Shown here: positions 8,786-20,805 of the stretch, piece by piece
How the letters are laid out: each line of letters starts with the position of its first letter
Numbering within the stretch: position 1 is the stretch's first letter
Source: Geobacter sulfurreducens PCA
GTDB taxonomy: Bacteria; Desulfobacterota; Desulfuromonadia; Geobacterales; Geobacteraceae
Direction of reading: 5' to 3'
Length of the DNA stretch: 32,000 nt
NCBI RefSeq assembly: GCF_000007985.2
Contig: NC_002939.5
Span: forward strand, 150,001-182,000
Translations under genes and position numbers: made by a program
The notes under the pieces: generated by a model
What the model was told of the DNA's origin: nothing
Databases searched by the model: none
Seen by the model: only the letters and a program-made list of their open reading frames with translations

Positions 8786-10915
8786 ATGTCCTTACGCAAC
8801 GACAGGGTGTATCTGATTGTTGTCAGTGTTTCGGCGCTCCTGGTGCTTGGCGTGCTTGCGGCGTCCTTTGTCGTCTACCGTCGCCACGATTTTCCCCTCC
8901 TCGACTTCCTTACCCTGGTTCTTTTCCTGCTCGTTTCCTGCATCATTTTCATGGTGGTCAGCTACCGCAAGACACGCAGCGTCAATGAACTGGCCCATTT
9001 GCACGAGCTTATGCAGTACCAGCGGGAGCTGGACAAGATCGCCCGGCGCTACCGGAGTCTTCTGGAAGGGGCCGGCAATGCGGTCTTCGTCTTCAATGCC
9101 GACACGGGGCTTCTGGTGGAGGTGAACCGTCGGGGCACCGAACTGCTGGGGTACAGCAAGGAGGAAATGGTCACTCTCAAGGGGAAGGACCTGGTGCCCG
9201 AGGAGGACCAGGAGAAGTTTTCCCTGCTGGTATTGAGGGTGGTCCGGCGCGGAAGGGGCCGGACCGACGGAATTGCGTTCCGCCGCCGGGGAGGGGATCG
9301 CTTCCTGGGGGAGGTGGAAGCCCGCCTCATTGATCTGGGCGACGAGAAGGTGGTCCATGCCACGATCAGGGACATCACATTCAAGCACCGGGCCGAGCGG
9401 GAGATGCGCCAGCGCAACCGGGAGCTCGCCTCCCTGGTGAACATCATCACCAGAGCCAACCAGGAGATGGAGCTGGAGACGGTCCTCGACGTAACCCTGC
9501 GGGAAACGATCGAAGTCTTCGGCGTTGACGGCGGCGGCATCCATCTGCGCGAGCGGGACGGCACCCTGCGCCCGGCAGCTACCTGTTTCGTTCCGGATCG
9601 GCTCAGGGAGGCGCTTGATGCCGGAGCCGACGGCGGACTGTTGGGCAGGGTTGCCGCCACGCGCGGCCCTTTCGCCCTGGACGATCTGGCCATGGAAGGG
9701 TGCATGGCGGGGCTCTCGGATGAGTCGGCAGGCTGGAAGGGGTTTGCGGCGGTCCCGCTGTTCGCCAAGAACCGGGTCACCGGCGTCATGTACCTGTTGA
9801 ACCGGCAGATGCGTTCCTTCACCGACGAAGAGCTCAAGCTGTTCTTTTCCATAGCCGGCCAGATGGGCATCATCATCGAAAACGCCCGCCTCTTCAATGA
9901 ACTCAAGTGGAAAAGCGATGAGCTCATGGGGTCGTTCCGCCTCCTGGAGAAAAGCAGTCACGAGCTTGCCCTTTCCCAGCACCGGCTCCGCACCAATCTG
10001 ACCCTCGTGGAACGCGCCAATCAGGAGCTGGAGCGAATCGACCGGATGAAGAACAACTTTCTCGGCATGATTTCCCATGAGTTTCGCACCCCCCTTACCA
10101 GCGTCATCAGCGGCACCGATTTTCTGCGCTCCTCGTCAAGCCTAGCCGGCGACCCCGACAGCCGGCAGGTCCTCGACATGATCCACGAGGGGGGAGAGCG
10201 CCTTTTCGAGATCGTCAACGATATCCTCAAGGTTGCCCGTCTTGAGGCCAAGTCGGCCACTGTGGCCCGGCGTGCCCTCCACATCTCCCAGGTGTTCAGC
10301 CAGGTGGTGACGAAGCTTGAGCCGCTGCTTGCGGAGCGGAGCCTGCGAATCGTCTTCAACAACCTGGAGGGGCTCCCCCACTGCATAGGCGACCAGGAGT
10401 GCTTCGAGGAGATATTCTCGGAACTGCTGGAAAACTCGGTCAAGTTCACTCCGGACGGGGGGACGATCATCATCTCGGCGCGGGTGGTCGACCGGCGGGC
10501 CCTTGCCCCGAAGCGGGAGATCCTGGCGCGCTTCAATGCCGATTTCCCGAGCCAGATCGGGGATCGCTGCTATCTGGAGGTGGCGGTCCGCGACAACGGC
10601 ATCGGGGTCAGCCACGACGAGCAGGTGAAGATATTCGACAAATTCTACGAAATTGGCGATATCCGTCACCACTCCAGCGGCAAGTTCAAGTTCCAGGGAA
10701 AGGGGACGGGGCTTGGACTGGCCATCGTCAAGGGGATGGTGGAGGCCCATGGGGGCATGGTCTGGGTCGAGAGCCCGGGGGTTGATCCGGAGGCCCGCTT
10801 CGGCAGCGCGTTTCTGGTTCTCCTTCCCCTTGAGGAGAGTCTGCGGACGCCGGTCATCCCTCTGGCCGCCCCCCGGGATCCCCTGGCGGGAGACATCCCC
10901 GGAGAGGGAGCGTGA
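8786..10915 (+). CDS. membrane-anchored sensor histidine kinase (2 TM, PAS, GAF, HisKA, HATPase_c)
   Basis: 709 aa. The N-terminus has hydrophobic segments. A PAS-like region follows (YRSLLEGAGNAVFVFNADTGLLVEVNRRGTELLGYSKEEM). A GAF-like region has FAAVPLFAKNRVTGVMYLLN. The H-box is MISHEFRTPLTSV. N/G boxes are NSVKFT and DNGIGV...GTGLGLAIVKG. Confidence 0.85.
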   Translation: MSLRNDRVYLIVVSVSALLVLGVLAASFVVYRRHDFPLLDFLTLVLFLLVSCIIFMVVSYRKTRSVNELAHLHELMQYQRELDKIARRYRSLLEGAGNAVFVFNADTGLLVEVNRRGTELLGYSKEEMVTLKGKDLVPEEDQEKFSLLVLRVVRRGRGRTDGIAFRRRGGDRFLGEVEARLIDLGDEKVVHATIRDITFKHRAEREMRQRNRELASLVNIITRANQEMELETVLDVTLRETIEVFGVDGGGIHLRERDGTLRPAATCFVPDRLREALDAGADGGLLGRVAATRGPFALDDLAMEGCMAGLSDESAGWKGFAAVPLFAKNRVTGVMYLLNRQMRSFTDEELKLFFSIAGQMGIIIENARLFNELKWKSDELMGSFRLLEKSSHELALSQHRLRTNLTLVERANQELERIDRMKNNFLGMISHEFRTPLTSVISGTDFLRSSSSLAGDPDSRQVLDMIHEGGERLFEIVNDILKVARLEAKSATVARRALHISQVFSQVVTKLEPLLAERSLRIVFNNLEGLPHCIGDQECFEEIFSELLENSVKFTPDGGTIIISARVVDRRALAPKREILARFNADFPSQIGDRCYLEVAVRDNGIGVSHDEQVKIFDKFYEIGDIRHHSSGKFKFQGKGTGLGLAIVKGMVEAHGGMVWVESPGVDPEARFGSAFLVLLPLEESLRTPVIPLAAPRDPLAGDIPGEGA

Positions 10916-11047
10916 CACCCTTTCGAAACGGGCAGGATCTGCCGGAAAGATACCCTTGAAAAGACCGAAAGATCTGTGTTATTTCTGATCAACTGACCGA
11001 TACGAAACGTGGCGCCGGCCGCCGTCGGCACCGCCCAGGAGGCGATT

Positions 11048-12064
11048 GTGACCCAAGAACGCGAAAAGGCGATAGAGCTTGCGCTCAGCCAGATAGAAAA
11101 GCAGTTCGGCAAGGGGGCGATCATGCGCCTCGGGGCGGATGAGGCCCTCCCCGATGTGGCCGCCATCCCCACCGGTTCCCTCTCCCTCGACCTGGCCCTC
11201 GGCGTCGGCGGCGTCCCCCGCGGGCGGATTATCGAGATCTACGGACCCGAGTCGTCGGGCAAGACGACGCTCGCCCTGCACATCGCGGCCGAGGCCCAGA
11301 AAATGGGCGGCATCGCTGCCTTCGTCGACGCCGAGCACGCGCTCGATATCGGCTATGCCCGCAAACTCGGCGTCAAGACGGACGACCTGCTCGTCTCCCA
11401 GCCCGACACCGGGGAGCAAGCCTTGGAAATTGCCGAGATGCTCGTCAGAAGCGGCGCTGTGGACGTCCTCGTCATCGACTCGGTGGCGGCACTGGTTCCC
11501 AAGGCCGAGATCGAAGGGGAGATGGGCGACTCCCACATGGGGCTCCAGGCCCGGCTCATGTCTCAGGCCCTGCGCAAGCTCACCGGCATAATCTCCAAGT
11601 CCAACTGCTGCGTCATCTTCATCAACCAGATCCGGATGAAGATCGGCGTCATGTTCGGCAACCCCGAAACCACCACCGGCGGCAACGCCCTCAAGTTTTA
11701 CGCCTCGGTACGTCTCGATATCCGCAAGATCGCATCCCTCAAGCAAGGGCAGGACGTCATCGGCTCCCGCACCAAGGTGAAGGTGGTCAAGAACAAGGTG
11801 GCTCCCCCCTTCAAAGAGGTGGAGTTCGACATTTACTACGGTGAGGGCATTTCCCGCGAGGGCGACATCCTCGACCTGGCCGTGGAGAAGGGGATCGTGG
11901 ACAAGAGCGGCGCCTGGTTCTCCTACGGCGGAGACCGGATTGGCCAGGGGCGCGAAAATTCCCGCCTTTTCCTCAAGGAGCGGCCAGAACTGGTGAACGA
12001 GATCGAAGGGAAGGTTTACGACGTGGCCGGCATTCCCCGCAAAGGGGCGAAGGAAGCGGCATAG
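11048..12064 (+). CDS. recA: recombinase RecA
   Basis: ORF 11009..12064. GTG at 11048 follows [29 protein letters not shown], Walker [57 protein letters not shown]. Confidence 0.95.
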   Translation: MTQEREKAIELALSQIEKQFGKGAIMRLGADEALPDVAAIPTGSLSLDLALGVGGVPRGRIIEIYGPESSGKTTLALHIAAEAQKMGGIAAFVDAEHALDIGYARKLGVKTDDLLVSQPDTGEQALEIAEMLVRSGAVDVLVIDSVAALVPKAEIEGEMGDSHMGLQARLMSQALRKLTGIISKSNCCVIFINQIRMKIGVMFGNPETTTGGNALKFYASVRLDIRKIASLKQGQDVIGSRTKVKVVKNKVAPPFKEVEFDIYYGEGISREGDILDLAVEKGIVDKSGAWFSYGGDRIGQGRENSRLFLKERPELVNEIEGKVYDVAGIPRKGAKEAA

Positions 12065-12067
12065 CCC

Positions 12068-13228
12068 ATGGAACTGAACGATATCCTCACCGTCGCGGTT
12101 CGCGCCAAGGCGTCCGACGTCCACATCAAAACGGGCCTCCCGCCCGTCGTGCGGATCGACGGCCGCCTGCGGCCAATCCCGAACGCGCCGCGGCTGGCGC
12201 CGGACCAAGTGCGCGCCATGGCGCTCGCCATCATGAACGATCGGCAGAAGCGTCTCTTCGAGGAGCACTTCGAATGCGACACTGCCTACGGCGTGCCGGG
12301 CCTGGGCCGCTTCCGGGTGAGCGTTTACTCCCAGCGCGGCACGGTGGCAATGGTGTTTCGCTTCATTCCCTTCGGCATTCCCTCCATGGAGAACCTGACC
12401 CTGCCGCCGGTCATTAAAAAACTGGCCATGGAGGAGCGGGGCCTCATTCTCGTCACGGGCACCACGGGGAGCGGCAAGTCCACCACCCTGGCCGCCATGA
12501 TCGACTACATCAACGAGCACCGGACCTGCAACATCATTACCGTTGAAGACCCGGTGGAATTCCTCCATCGCGACAAGAAGAGCATCCTCTCCCAGCGGGA
12601 GGTAGGATTCGACACCGTCTCCTTCGCCACCGCCCTCAAGGGTGCCCTCCGCCAGGACCCGGACGTGATCCTGGTCGGCGAGATGCGCGACCTGGAGACC
12701 ATCGAGACCGCCATGCACGCGGCCGAAACCGGTCACCTGGTCATGTCGACCCTCCACACCCTGGATGCCACCGAGACCATCAACCGGATCATCTCGGTCT
12801 TCCCTCCCTATCACCAGCGCCAGGTCAGGATCCAGCTCGCCGGCGTGATCAAGGGCGTCGTCTCCCAGCGCCTGGTCCCCCGCGCCGACGGCAAGGGCCG
12901 GGTACCGGCGGTCGAGATCATGATCGGCACCGCCCGGATCAAGGAATACATCGACGACAAGGACAAGACGAAACTCCTCCCCGAAGCCATTGCCCAGGGC
13001 TATACCTCGTACGGGATGCAGACCTTCGACCAGTCCCTGATGCTGCTCTACACCCAGAAGCTCATCACCTACGAGGAGGCGCTCCGCCAGTCGTCCAACC
13101 CCGACGACTTCGCCCTCAAGGTGTCCGGCATTTCGTCCACCTCCGACAGCACGTGGGACGACTTCGTCCATGACGAGGCTCCCCCTGCGGAGGGAGAGGG
13201 CTCCGTCGAGGGCATCGAGAAGTTCTAG
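12068..13228 (+). CDS. pilT: PilT-family type IV pilus retraction ATPase paralog with an extended acidic C-terminal tail
   Basis: 386 aa: ASDVHIKTGLPPVVRIDG, Walker A GTTGSGKSTTLAAMI, Walker B/Asp box DPDVILVGEMRDLETI, His box TGHLVMSTLHT. It begins 3 nt after the recA stop. Confidence 0.88.
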   Translation: MELNDILTVAVRAKASDVHIKTGLPPVVRIDGRLRPIPNAPRLAPDQVRAMALAIMNDRQKRLFEEHFECDTAYGVPGLGRFRVSVYSQRGTVAMVFRFIPFGIPSMENLTLPPVIKKLAMEERGLILVTGTTGSGKSTTLAAMIDYINEHRTCNIITVEDPVEFLHRDKKSILSQREVGFDTVSFATALKGALRQDPDVILVGEMRDLETIETAMHAAETGHLVMSTLHTLDATETINRIISVFPPYHQRQVRIQLAGVIKGVVSQRLVPRADGKGRVPAVEIMIGTARIKEYIDDKDKTKLLPEAIAQGYTSYGMQTFDQSLMLLYTQKLITYEEALRQSSNPDDFALKVSGISSTSDSTWDDFVHDEAPPAEGEGSVEGIEKF

Positions 13229-13256
13229 GCCGGTGGCCCGTGAGGTTGATTTAAGC

Positions 13257-13736
13257 ATGCATTCCCGACCGGAGCGGCGGCGTGACCCGTTGTCCACCGC
13301 CCTCGACATCCTTTCGCGTCGGGACCACAGCGAAGCCGAACTTGCCCGCAAGCTGAGGTCCAGGGGGATCGACGCGGGGGAGATCGACCGCATCGTCGCG
13401 CGCCTCAGGGAGTTCGGCTACCTGAATGACCGCCGTGTTGCCTGCCGCCTGGCGGAATCGGCCCTGGCCCAGGGGAAAATGGTGGGGGCTCGACTCCGGG
13501 TCGAGCTGCGCCGCCGCGGGATTCCACCGGAACTGGCCGAAGAGGCCCTGGCCCAGGCGGCGGCCGGTTGCGACGAACGGGCCTTGGTCGGAGACCTGCT
13601 GGCCCGGAAATTTCCCGGCTTCGATCCGGCTGTGGCGGACCCTCGCGAAAAGCGGCGGGTGGTGGGCTGGTTCCAGCGCCGCGGGTTCGGGCTCAGTGCC
13701 ATTCTTGAAGCGCTCCGGTGTCCTGTCGATGAATGA
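13257..13736 (+). CDS. recX: RecA regulator RecX
   Basis: ORF 13170..13736; ATG at 13257. [24 protein letters not shown]...YLNDRRVA, about 160 aa of helical repeats, in the canonical position near recA and before alaS. Confidence 0.8.
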   Translation: MHSRPERRRDPLSTALDILSRRDHSEAELARKLRSRGIDAGEIDRIVARLREFGYLNDRRVACRLAESALAQGKMVGARLRVELRRRGIPPELAEEALAQAAAGCDERALVGDLLARKFPGFDPAVADPREKRRVVGWFQRRGFGLSAILEALRCPVDE

Positions 13737-13807
13737 CGGAACGGCACCGTACGAAGAGATTGACCACACGTATTAATTACAATGATCATGCAGATACAGA
13801 GGACCCG

Positions 13808-16435
13808 ATGACCGGAAAAGAGATACGCGCCCGATTTCTCAAGTTCTTCGCCGACCGGGGGCATGCCGTCGTGCCCAGCTCCCCCCTCATTCCCCACAAT
13901 GACCCAACGCTCCTGTTCGCCAATGCCGGCATGAACCAGTTCAAGGACTGTTTTCTGGGCCTGGAGAAGCGTGATTACGTCAGGGCCTGCTCCTCCCAGA
14001 AGTGTGTCCGGGCCGGTGGCAAGCACAACGACCTGGAGAACGTGGGGCGCACCGCCCGGCACCATACCTTCTTCGAAATGCTCGGCAACTTTTCCTTTGG
14101 CGACTATTTCAAGAAAGAGGCCATCGCCTTTGCCTGGGAATTCCTCACCAAAGACCTGGGCCTCGATAAAGACCGCCTCTACGTGACGGTTTATACGGAC
14201 GACGACGAGGCCGCCGACATCTGGCACCTGCAAGAGGGGGTTCCCCGGGAGCGGATCTACCGCTTCGGCGAGAAGGACAACTTCTGGGCCATGGGCGATA
14301 CCGGGCCCTGCGGCCCTTGCAGCGAGATTTTCTGGGACAACGGTCCCGAGGTCGGTTGCGGCAGCCCCGACTGCGCCGTTGGGTGCGACTGCGACCGGTA
14401 CATGGAGATCTGGAACAACGTCTTCATGCAGTTCAACCGCTCCGCCGACGGGGTGCTCACCCCCCTGCCCAAGCCCTCCGTCGATACCGGCATGGGGCTC
14501 GAGCGCATCTCCACGGTCATGCAGGGGGTGAAGTCCAACTACGACACCGACCTGTTCCAGGGGATCATCGGGCACGTGGAAAAGCTCTCGGGCAAGCGCT
14601 ACCGGCACAGCGAGAAAGACGACGTCTCCATGCGGGTCATGGCGGACCACGTCCGGGCCACCACTTTCCTGATCTGCGACGGGGTCCTCCCCTCAAACGA
14701 GGGACGGGGCTACGTGCTGCGCCGGATCATGCGCCGGGCCGCCCGGCACGCGAAGATGCTCGGCTTTGCCGAACCAGTCATCTGCCGGATGGTAGAGGCC
14801 GTCAACGCCATGATGGGCGACGCCTACCCGGAACTTTTGGAGCGTGAGGAGTACATCAGAAAGGTGATCCGGGCCGAGGAGGAGCGCTTTGCCGAAACCC
14901 TCGACCGGGGACTCGCCATCCTCAACGAGGCCGTGGCGGATCTCAAGAACGAAGGGCGCACGGTCATCCCCGGCGAGACCCTGTTCCGGCTCTACGACAC
15001 CTTCGGTTTTCCCACGGATCTCACCGCGGACATCGTCCGGAGCGAAGGGTTCACCATCGATGAAGATGGTTTCGAAGCCTGCATGGAGCGACAGCGGGAG
15101 CAGGCCCGGGAGCACTGGAAGGGCTCCGGCGAGGAGGGGATCGCCGAGGTCCACAAGACCCTCCATTCCCGGGGCGTCCGGAGCCGTTTCACGGGCTACG
15201 AAGCCCGCACCGCCTACTCTCCGGTGACGGTCCTCCTCAAGGGCGGGGCCGAGGTGGCCGAGGCCACGGCCGGCGACCGGGTGGAGATCATCACCGACGC
15301 CACTCCCTTCTACGGCGAGTCGGGCGGCCAGGTGGGGGACACCGGAACCATCTCCACGGGCAGCGCCCACGTGGAGGTGACGGAAACGCTTCGTCCTTTC
15401 CCGGATCTCATCGTCCACCGGGGGACCGTGGTCGAGGGCACCATCAGGCAGGGCGACGCCTGCGATCTGAAGGTCGCGCCGGGCCGCGACGCCACCGCCC
15501 GCAACCATACCGCAACCCATCTCCTCCAGTCGGCGCTCCGCCAGGTGCTGGGGGATCACGTGAAGCAATCGGGCTCCCTTGTGGGGCCGGACCGCCTCCG
15601 CTTCGACTTCACCCATTTCGCGGCCATGACGCCCGAAGAGATCCGGCGGGTTGAGGAGATCGTCAACTCCTGCATCATGGCCAACGACGACGTCCATGCT
15701 CGGGAAATGGCCCTGGACGAGGCCATGGAGATCGGCGCCACCGCACTGTTCGGCGAAAAATACGGGGACACTGTCCGGGTGGTTAGGGTGGGCGAAGTGA
15801 GCATGGAGCTGTGCGGTGGCACCCATGTCCACGCCGCCGGCGACATCGGTTTCTTCAAGATACTCTCCGAGGCGGGAATTGCCGCGGGGGTCCGCCGCAT
15901 CGAGGCCCTGACCGGCATGGGCGCCCTGCGTCACGTGCAGCAGCTGGAGGACGAGCGGAAAGAGATCGCCGCCCTGATCAAGGCCGAGGGGGGCGACAAT
16001 GTGGAGCGTCTCCAGCGGCTGTTGACTCGTCAGAAGGATATGCAGCGGGAAATCGAGACCCTGGAGTCGCGCCTCAACGCCGCCCGCTCGGCGGACCTGC
16101 TGGCGGATGTCCGGGAGGTGAACGGCGTCAAGGTCCTCGCCACCCTGGCTGAGGTGGACGATCCGAAGAAGCTCCGGGAGCTTGCCGACACCCTCAAGGA
16201 CCGGCTCGGCTCTGGTGTTGTGGCCCTCGGGTGCGTCAAGGAAGGAAAGGCGAATCTTCTGGTGGCGGTGACCAAGGATCTGACCGGCCGCGTCAAGGCC
16301 GGCGACCTGATCCGTCAGCTTTCCCCCATCATCGGCGGTAGCGGAGGAGGGAAGCCGGAGCTGGCCCAGGCGGGCGGAACCCTGCCGGACAAGCTCGGCG
16401 AGGCCCTCGGCAAGGTGTGTGAACTCGTCCCCTGA
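13808..16435 (+). CDS. alaS: alanine--tRNA ligase
   Basis: ORF 13733..16435; ATG at 13808 gives [19 protein letters not shown]. Also [39 protein letters not shown], the editing-domain HTATHLL and CGGTHV motifs, and a C-terminal DHHA1-like region ([12 protein letters not shown]). Confidence 0.95.
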   Translation: MTGKEIRARFLKFFADRGHAVVPSSPLIPHNDPTLLFANAGMNQFKDCFLGLEKRDYVRACSSQKCVRAGGKHNDLENVGRTARHHTFFEMLGNFSFGDYFKKEAIAFAWEFLTKDLGLDKDRLYVTVYTDDDEAADIWHLQEGVPRERIYRFGEKDNFWAMGDTGPCGPCSEIFWDNGPEVGCGSPDCAVGCDCDRYMEIWNNVFMQFNRSADGVLTPLPKPSVDTGMGLERISTVMQGVKSNYDTDLFQGIIGHVEKLSGKRYRHSEKDDVSMRVMADHVRATTFLICDGVLPSNEGRGYVLRRIMRRAARHAKMLGFAEPVICRMVEAVNAMMGDAYPELLEREEYIRKVIRAEEERFAETLDRGLAILNEAVADLKNEGRTVIPGETLFRLYDTFGFPTDLTADIVRSEGFTIDEDGFEACMERQREQAREHWKGSGEEGIAEVHKTLHSRGVRSRFTGYEARTAYSPVTVLLKGGAEVAEATAGDRVEIITDATPFYGESGGQVGDTGTISTGSAHVEVTETLRPFPDLIVHRGTVVEGTIRQGDACDLKVAPGRDATARNHTATHLLQSALRQVLGDHVKQSGSLVGPDRLRFDFTHFAAMTPEEIRRVEEIVNSCIMANDDVHAREMALDEAMEIGATALFGEKYGDTVRVVRVGEVSMELCGGTHVHAAGDIGFFKILSEAGIAAGVRRIEALTGMGALRHVQQLEDERKEIAALIKAEGGDNVERLQRLLTRQKDMQREIETLESRLNAARSADLLADVREVNGVKVLATLAEVDDPKKLRELADTLKDRLGSGVVALGCVKEGKANLLVAVTKDLTGRVKAGDLIRQLSPIIGGSGGGKPELAQAGGTLPDKLGEALGKVCELVP

Positions 16436-16457
16436 CCGGGGAAACGGCAGGAACACC

Positions 16458-17573
16458 ATGGATATCGTGACCAAGATGCAGTCTGAGCGCGGTCTCAAGT
16501 CGATTCTCGTCGTGGATGACGAATCGGTGATCCGCGACCTGTGCGCCAAGGCCCTCAAGGGGTACCGGGTCCTTCAGGCCGGCGACGGCGAAGAGGCCCT
16601 GCGCCTGTTCGAGCGGGGGGGGATCGACGTTATCCTCACCGACGTAATGATGCCGAAGCTGAACGGCATCGAGCTCCTGCGGCGCCTCAAGGAGATGGAG
16701 CCGACGCTCGTAGTCATCGTTATGACCGGTTACGCCGAAAAGGATATCATCCTCAATGCGCTCAAGGCGGACGCCGACGACTTCATCACCAAACCCCTGA
16801 ACCTGCTGCAGCTCAAGACGGCAGTGGACCGCGCCTTGGACAAGAAGGTCCTCAAGGAGGAGATCGCCAATCTCAAGAGCATGGACCGGCTCAAGAGCAA
16901 CTTTCTGTCGCTCATCTCCCACAAGTTCCGGACGCCGCTCACCGCCATCTCGCTCTTTCTCCAGAATCTCGCGTGCGGCGTCTACGACCCCGAGGACCCT
17001 GAATCCCGCAGGAACCTGGAGCTCATCTTCGGCCAGTCCCGCTACCTGGAAAGCCTGGTGAGCGAACTCCTCGCCTTCAGTCGCTTCATGGACGCCGAGG
17101 CGGGCCTCCAACTAGAGCCGTGCCTGCTGCAGGACCTGATTCCCAAGCTCGTCACGTCCTCCCGTGAGGCGGTCGCCAAGCCCGGCATCGTCACCTCCTT
17201 CGACCTGGCCCCGCTGCCTCCCATCTCCCTGGACCGTGAGAAGATTACCTTCGCCATCGGCCAGATCATCGACAACGCCTACAAGTTTTCCCGGGAGAGA
17301 GGCAAGATCACCATCACTCTCAGGGAGTCGGGCGACGAGTACCTGCTGGCCGTCGAGGACACGGGCGTGGGCATCCCCCGTGATGAAATACCCAAAATTT
17401 TCGAGAAGTTCTACCAAGTGGACCCCGAAGGTACCGGTCAGATCCGCGGTTTCGGCCTCGGCCTTTTCTACGCGCGCGAGTTCGTCAAGCTCCACGATGG
17501 CACCATCTCTATCGAGAGCGAAGCCGGAGCTGGAACCCGGGTCACCATTGCCCTCCCCAGCGCAGCCACCTGA
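16458..17573 (+). CDS. hybrid response-regulator receiver / histidine kinase (REC-HisKA-HATPase_c)
   Basis: ORF 16419..17573; ATG at 16458. The receiver has ILVVDDESVIRDL...DVILTDVMMPKLNGIELL...KPL. The H-box is LISHKFRTPLTAI. The ATPase has DNAYKFS, DTGVGI, GFGLGLFYA. It begins 22 nt after the alaS stop. Confidence 0.85.
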   Translation: MDIVTKMQSERGLKSILVVDDESVIRDLCAKALKGYRVLQAGDGEEALRLFERGGIDVILTDVMMPKLNGIELLRRLKEMEPTLVVIVMTGYAEKDIILNALKADADDFITKPLNLLQLKTAVDRALDKKVLKEEIANLKSMDRLKSNFLSLISHKFRTPLTAISLFLQNLACGVYDPEDPESRRNLELIFGQSRYLESLVSELLAFSRFMDAEAGLQLEPCLLQDLIPKLVTSSREAVAKPGIVTSFDLAPLPPISLDREKITFAIGQIIDNAYKFSRERGKITITLRESGDEYLLAVEDTGVGIPRDEIPKIFEKFYQVDPEGTGQIRGFGLGLFYAREFVKLHDGTISIESEAGAGTRVTIALPSAAT

Positions 17574-17621
17574 GATCGGCGTCATCCGCCCGGCTACGCG
17601 CGCTGTGAGCCCCTTTCACGG

Positions 17622-18585
<964 letters not shown>

Positions 18586-18665
18586 CGGCCTCTCCCGGCA
18601 GGAAGCCCCGGTCAGAGGCATGAAACGGACAGGCGCGGCCCAGGCCGCCCATGAGGATCGCTGAT

Positions 18666-19865
18666 ATGAATACCACTCAATGGATTGCAAAGGCTGACAA
18701 ATACATCATGAAGACCTATGGCCGGTACCCCCTGGTGCCGGTGCGGGGAGAAGGGTGCCGGGTCTGGGACGCGGACGGGAAGGAGTATCTGGACTTCCTT
18801 GCCGGCGTGGCCGTGAACAACCTGGGGCACTGCCATCCGAAAGTGGTTGAGGCGCTGCGCACGCAGGCCGCCGAGATCATCCACTGCTCCAACTACTACC
18901 ACATCCCGAACCAGATCGAGCTGGCCGAGCTGCTCTGCGCCCACTCCTTCGCGGACAAGGTCTTTTTCTGCAACAGCGGCGCCGAGGCCAACGAGGCCGC
19001 CATCAAGCTGGCCCGCAAGCATGCCCGGGAGAAGACCGGCGACGCCGAACGCTATGGCATCATCACGGCGCTGGCCTCCTTCCACGGCCGGACCATGGCC
19101 ACCATCTCCGCCACGGGCCAGGAAAAGGTCCAGAAGTTTTTCGACCCGCTCCTCCACGGCTTCACCTACGTCCCCTTCGACGATGCCGCGGCCCTGGAGG
19201 CAGCGGTCACTCCCACGACCTGCGCGGTGATGCTGGAGCCGATCCAGGGGGAAGGGGGCGTGGTCGTCCCTTCTGCCGACTACTTCCGGAAGGTTCGGGA
19301 GATCTGCGATCGCCACGGCCTGCTCCTCATCTTCGACGAAGTTCAGGTGGGGATCGGGCGGACCGGCAAGCTCTTCGCCCATGAACACTTTGACGTGACC
19401 CCCGACATCATGACCCTGGCCAAGGCCCTTGCCGGGGGCGCCCCCATCGGTGCCATGCTGGCCCGGGACGAGATCGCCGCGTCCTTTTCACCCGGCACCC
19501 ACGGCTCAACCTTCGGGGGCAATCCCCTGGTCACCGCCGCGGGTTTGGCAGCCGTCCGGGCCGTGCTGGAGGAGGGGCTCCTTAACCGGGCCGAGGAGAT
19601 GGGCGAATACCTGGTGGGGGAGCTGGAGCGGCTCAAGGGAAAATACGACATCATCACCGACGTGCGGGGCATCGGTCTCATGGTCGGCATGGAACTGTCG
19701 GTGCCGGCCGGCGACATCGTGCTCAAGGGGCTGGAGCGGGGCGTGCTCTTGAACGTGGCCCAGGACCGGGTACTCCGGTTCGTCCCTCCCCTGGTGGTGA
19801 CCAAGCAGGAAGTGAATGACATGATCGCCGTTCTCGACGGCATCCTGGAGGAAATGACGAAATGA
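18666..19865 (+). CDS. argD: acetylornithine aminotransferase (class III PLP aminotransferase)
   Basis: ORF 18651..19865. I prefer the ATG at 18666 because GAGGA lies 8 nt upstream. NSGAEANEAAIKLAR, LIFDEVQVGIGRTGKLFA, DIMTLAKALAGG (the PLP lysine). Confidence 0.9.
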   Translation: MNTTQWIAKADKYIMKTYGRYPLVPVRGEGCRVWDADGKEYLDFLAGVAVNNLGHCHPKVVEALRTQAAEIIHCSNYYHIPNQIELAELLCAHSFADKVFFCNSGAEANEAAIKLARKHAREKTGDAERYGIITALASFHGRTMATISATGQEKVQKFFDPLLHGFTYVPFDDAAALEAAVTPTTCAVMLEPIQGEGGVVVPSADYFRKVREICDRHGLLLIFDEVQVGIGRTGKLFAHEHFDVTPDIMTLAKALAGGAPIGAMLARDEIAASFSPGTHGSTFGGNPLVTAAGLAAVRAVLEEGLLNRAEEMGEYLVGELERLKGKYDIITDVRGIGLMVGMELSVPAGDIVLKGLERGVLLNVAQDRVLRFVPPLVVTKQEVNDMIAVLDGILEEMTK

Positions 19866-20773
19866 TCAGGCACTTTCTGGCCCTCAACCAGTTTACGAAA
19901 GAGGAGCTCGACGGGCTCTTCACCCTCAGCCGGGAACTGAAGGACAAGCAGAAGCAGGGCGTTCCCCACCGGCTGCTGGAGGGGAAGAGCGTGGCCCTCA
20001 TCTTCGAGAAATCGTCCACCCGGACCCGCGTCTCCTTTGAGGTGGGAGTCGCCCAACTGGGAGCCCATCCCCTGTTCATCTCCTCGGCCACGTCCCAGAT
20101 GGGGCGGGGCGAACCCATCAAGGACACGGCCCGTGTCATGGCCCGCTACTGCGACGGCGTCATGATCCGCACCTACGGCCAGGAGATCGTTGAGGAGTTC
20201 GCCCGCTACTCGTCGGTGCCGGTCATCAACGGCCTCACCGACCTGTTCCATCCCTGCCAGATCATGGCCGACCTCTTCACGGTCATCGAATACAAGGGAG
20301 GCTATCAGGGACTGAAATTCGCATGGGTCGGCGACGGCAACAATATGGCCAACACCTGGATTGAAGCCGCCGCCATCCTGGGCTTCGACCTGGCCCTGGC
20401 CTGCCCCACCGGGTACGAGCCCGACCGGCAGGTCTGGGACTGGGCCCAGCAGCGGGCCACGTCCTCCATCACCATCACCGAGGACCCTGAGGAGGCCGTG
20501 CGCGACGCCGACGTCGTCAACACCGATGTCTGGGCCAGCATGGGGCAGGAGCAGGAGCAGAAGGAGCGTGAGGCGGCGTTCCAGGGCTACTGCCTCGACG
20601 ACGCCCTGGTTGCCTTGGCCCGGCCCGACTGCATGGTCCTCCACTGCCTCCCGGCCCACCGGGGCGAGGAGATCACCGACAGTGTCATCGAAGGCCCCCG
20701 CTCCGCCGTCTGGGACGAGGCCGAAAACCGGCTCCACATTCAGAAAGCCATCATGGCTTCATTGATGAAGTAA
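19862..20773 (+). CDS. argF: ornithine carbamoyltransferase
   Basis: 303 aa: [31 protein letters not shown] overlap with the argD stop. Confidence 0.95.
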   Translation: MIRHFLALNQFTKEELDGLFTLSRELKDKQKQGVPHRLLEGKSVALIFEKSSTRTRVSFEVGVAQLGAHPLFISSATSQMGRGEPIKDTARVMARYCDGVMIRTYGQEIVEEFARYSSVPVINGLTDLFHPCQIMADLFTVIEYKGGYQGLKFAWVGDGNNMANTWIEAAAILGFDLALACPTGYEPDRQVWDWAQQRATSSITITEDPEEAVRDADVVNTDVWASMGQEQEQKEREAAFQGYCLDDALVALARPDCMVLHCLPAHRGEEITDSVIEGPRSAVWDEAENRLHIQKAIMASLMK

Positions 20774-20805
20774 CCCGATTTTATTCCGATCAAAAGGAGA
20801 TCCCC

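Noticed and set aside
10916-11047. SOS/LexA box upstream of recA.
   Set aside because: There is no CTGT - 8 nt - ACAG-type palindrome or other convincing palindrome. CTGTGTTATTTCTGAT lacks the second half-site. From memory, Geobacter recA has been reported not to be LexA-bound, which is consistent with this absence.
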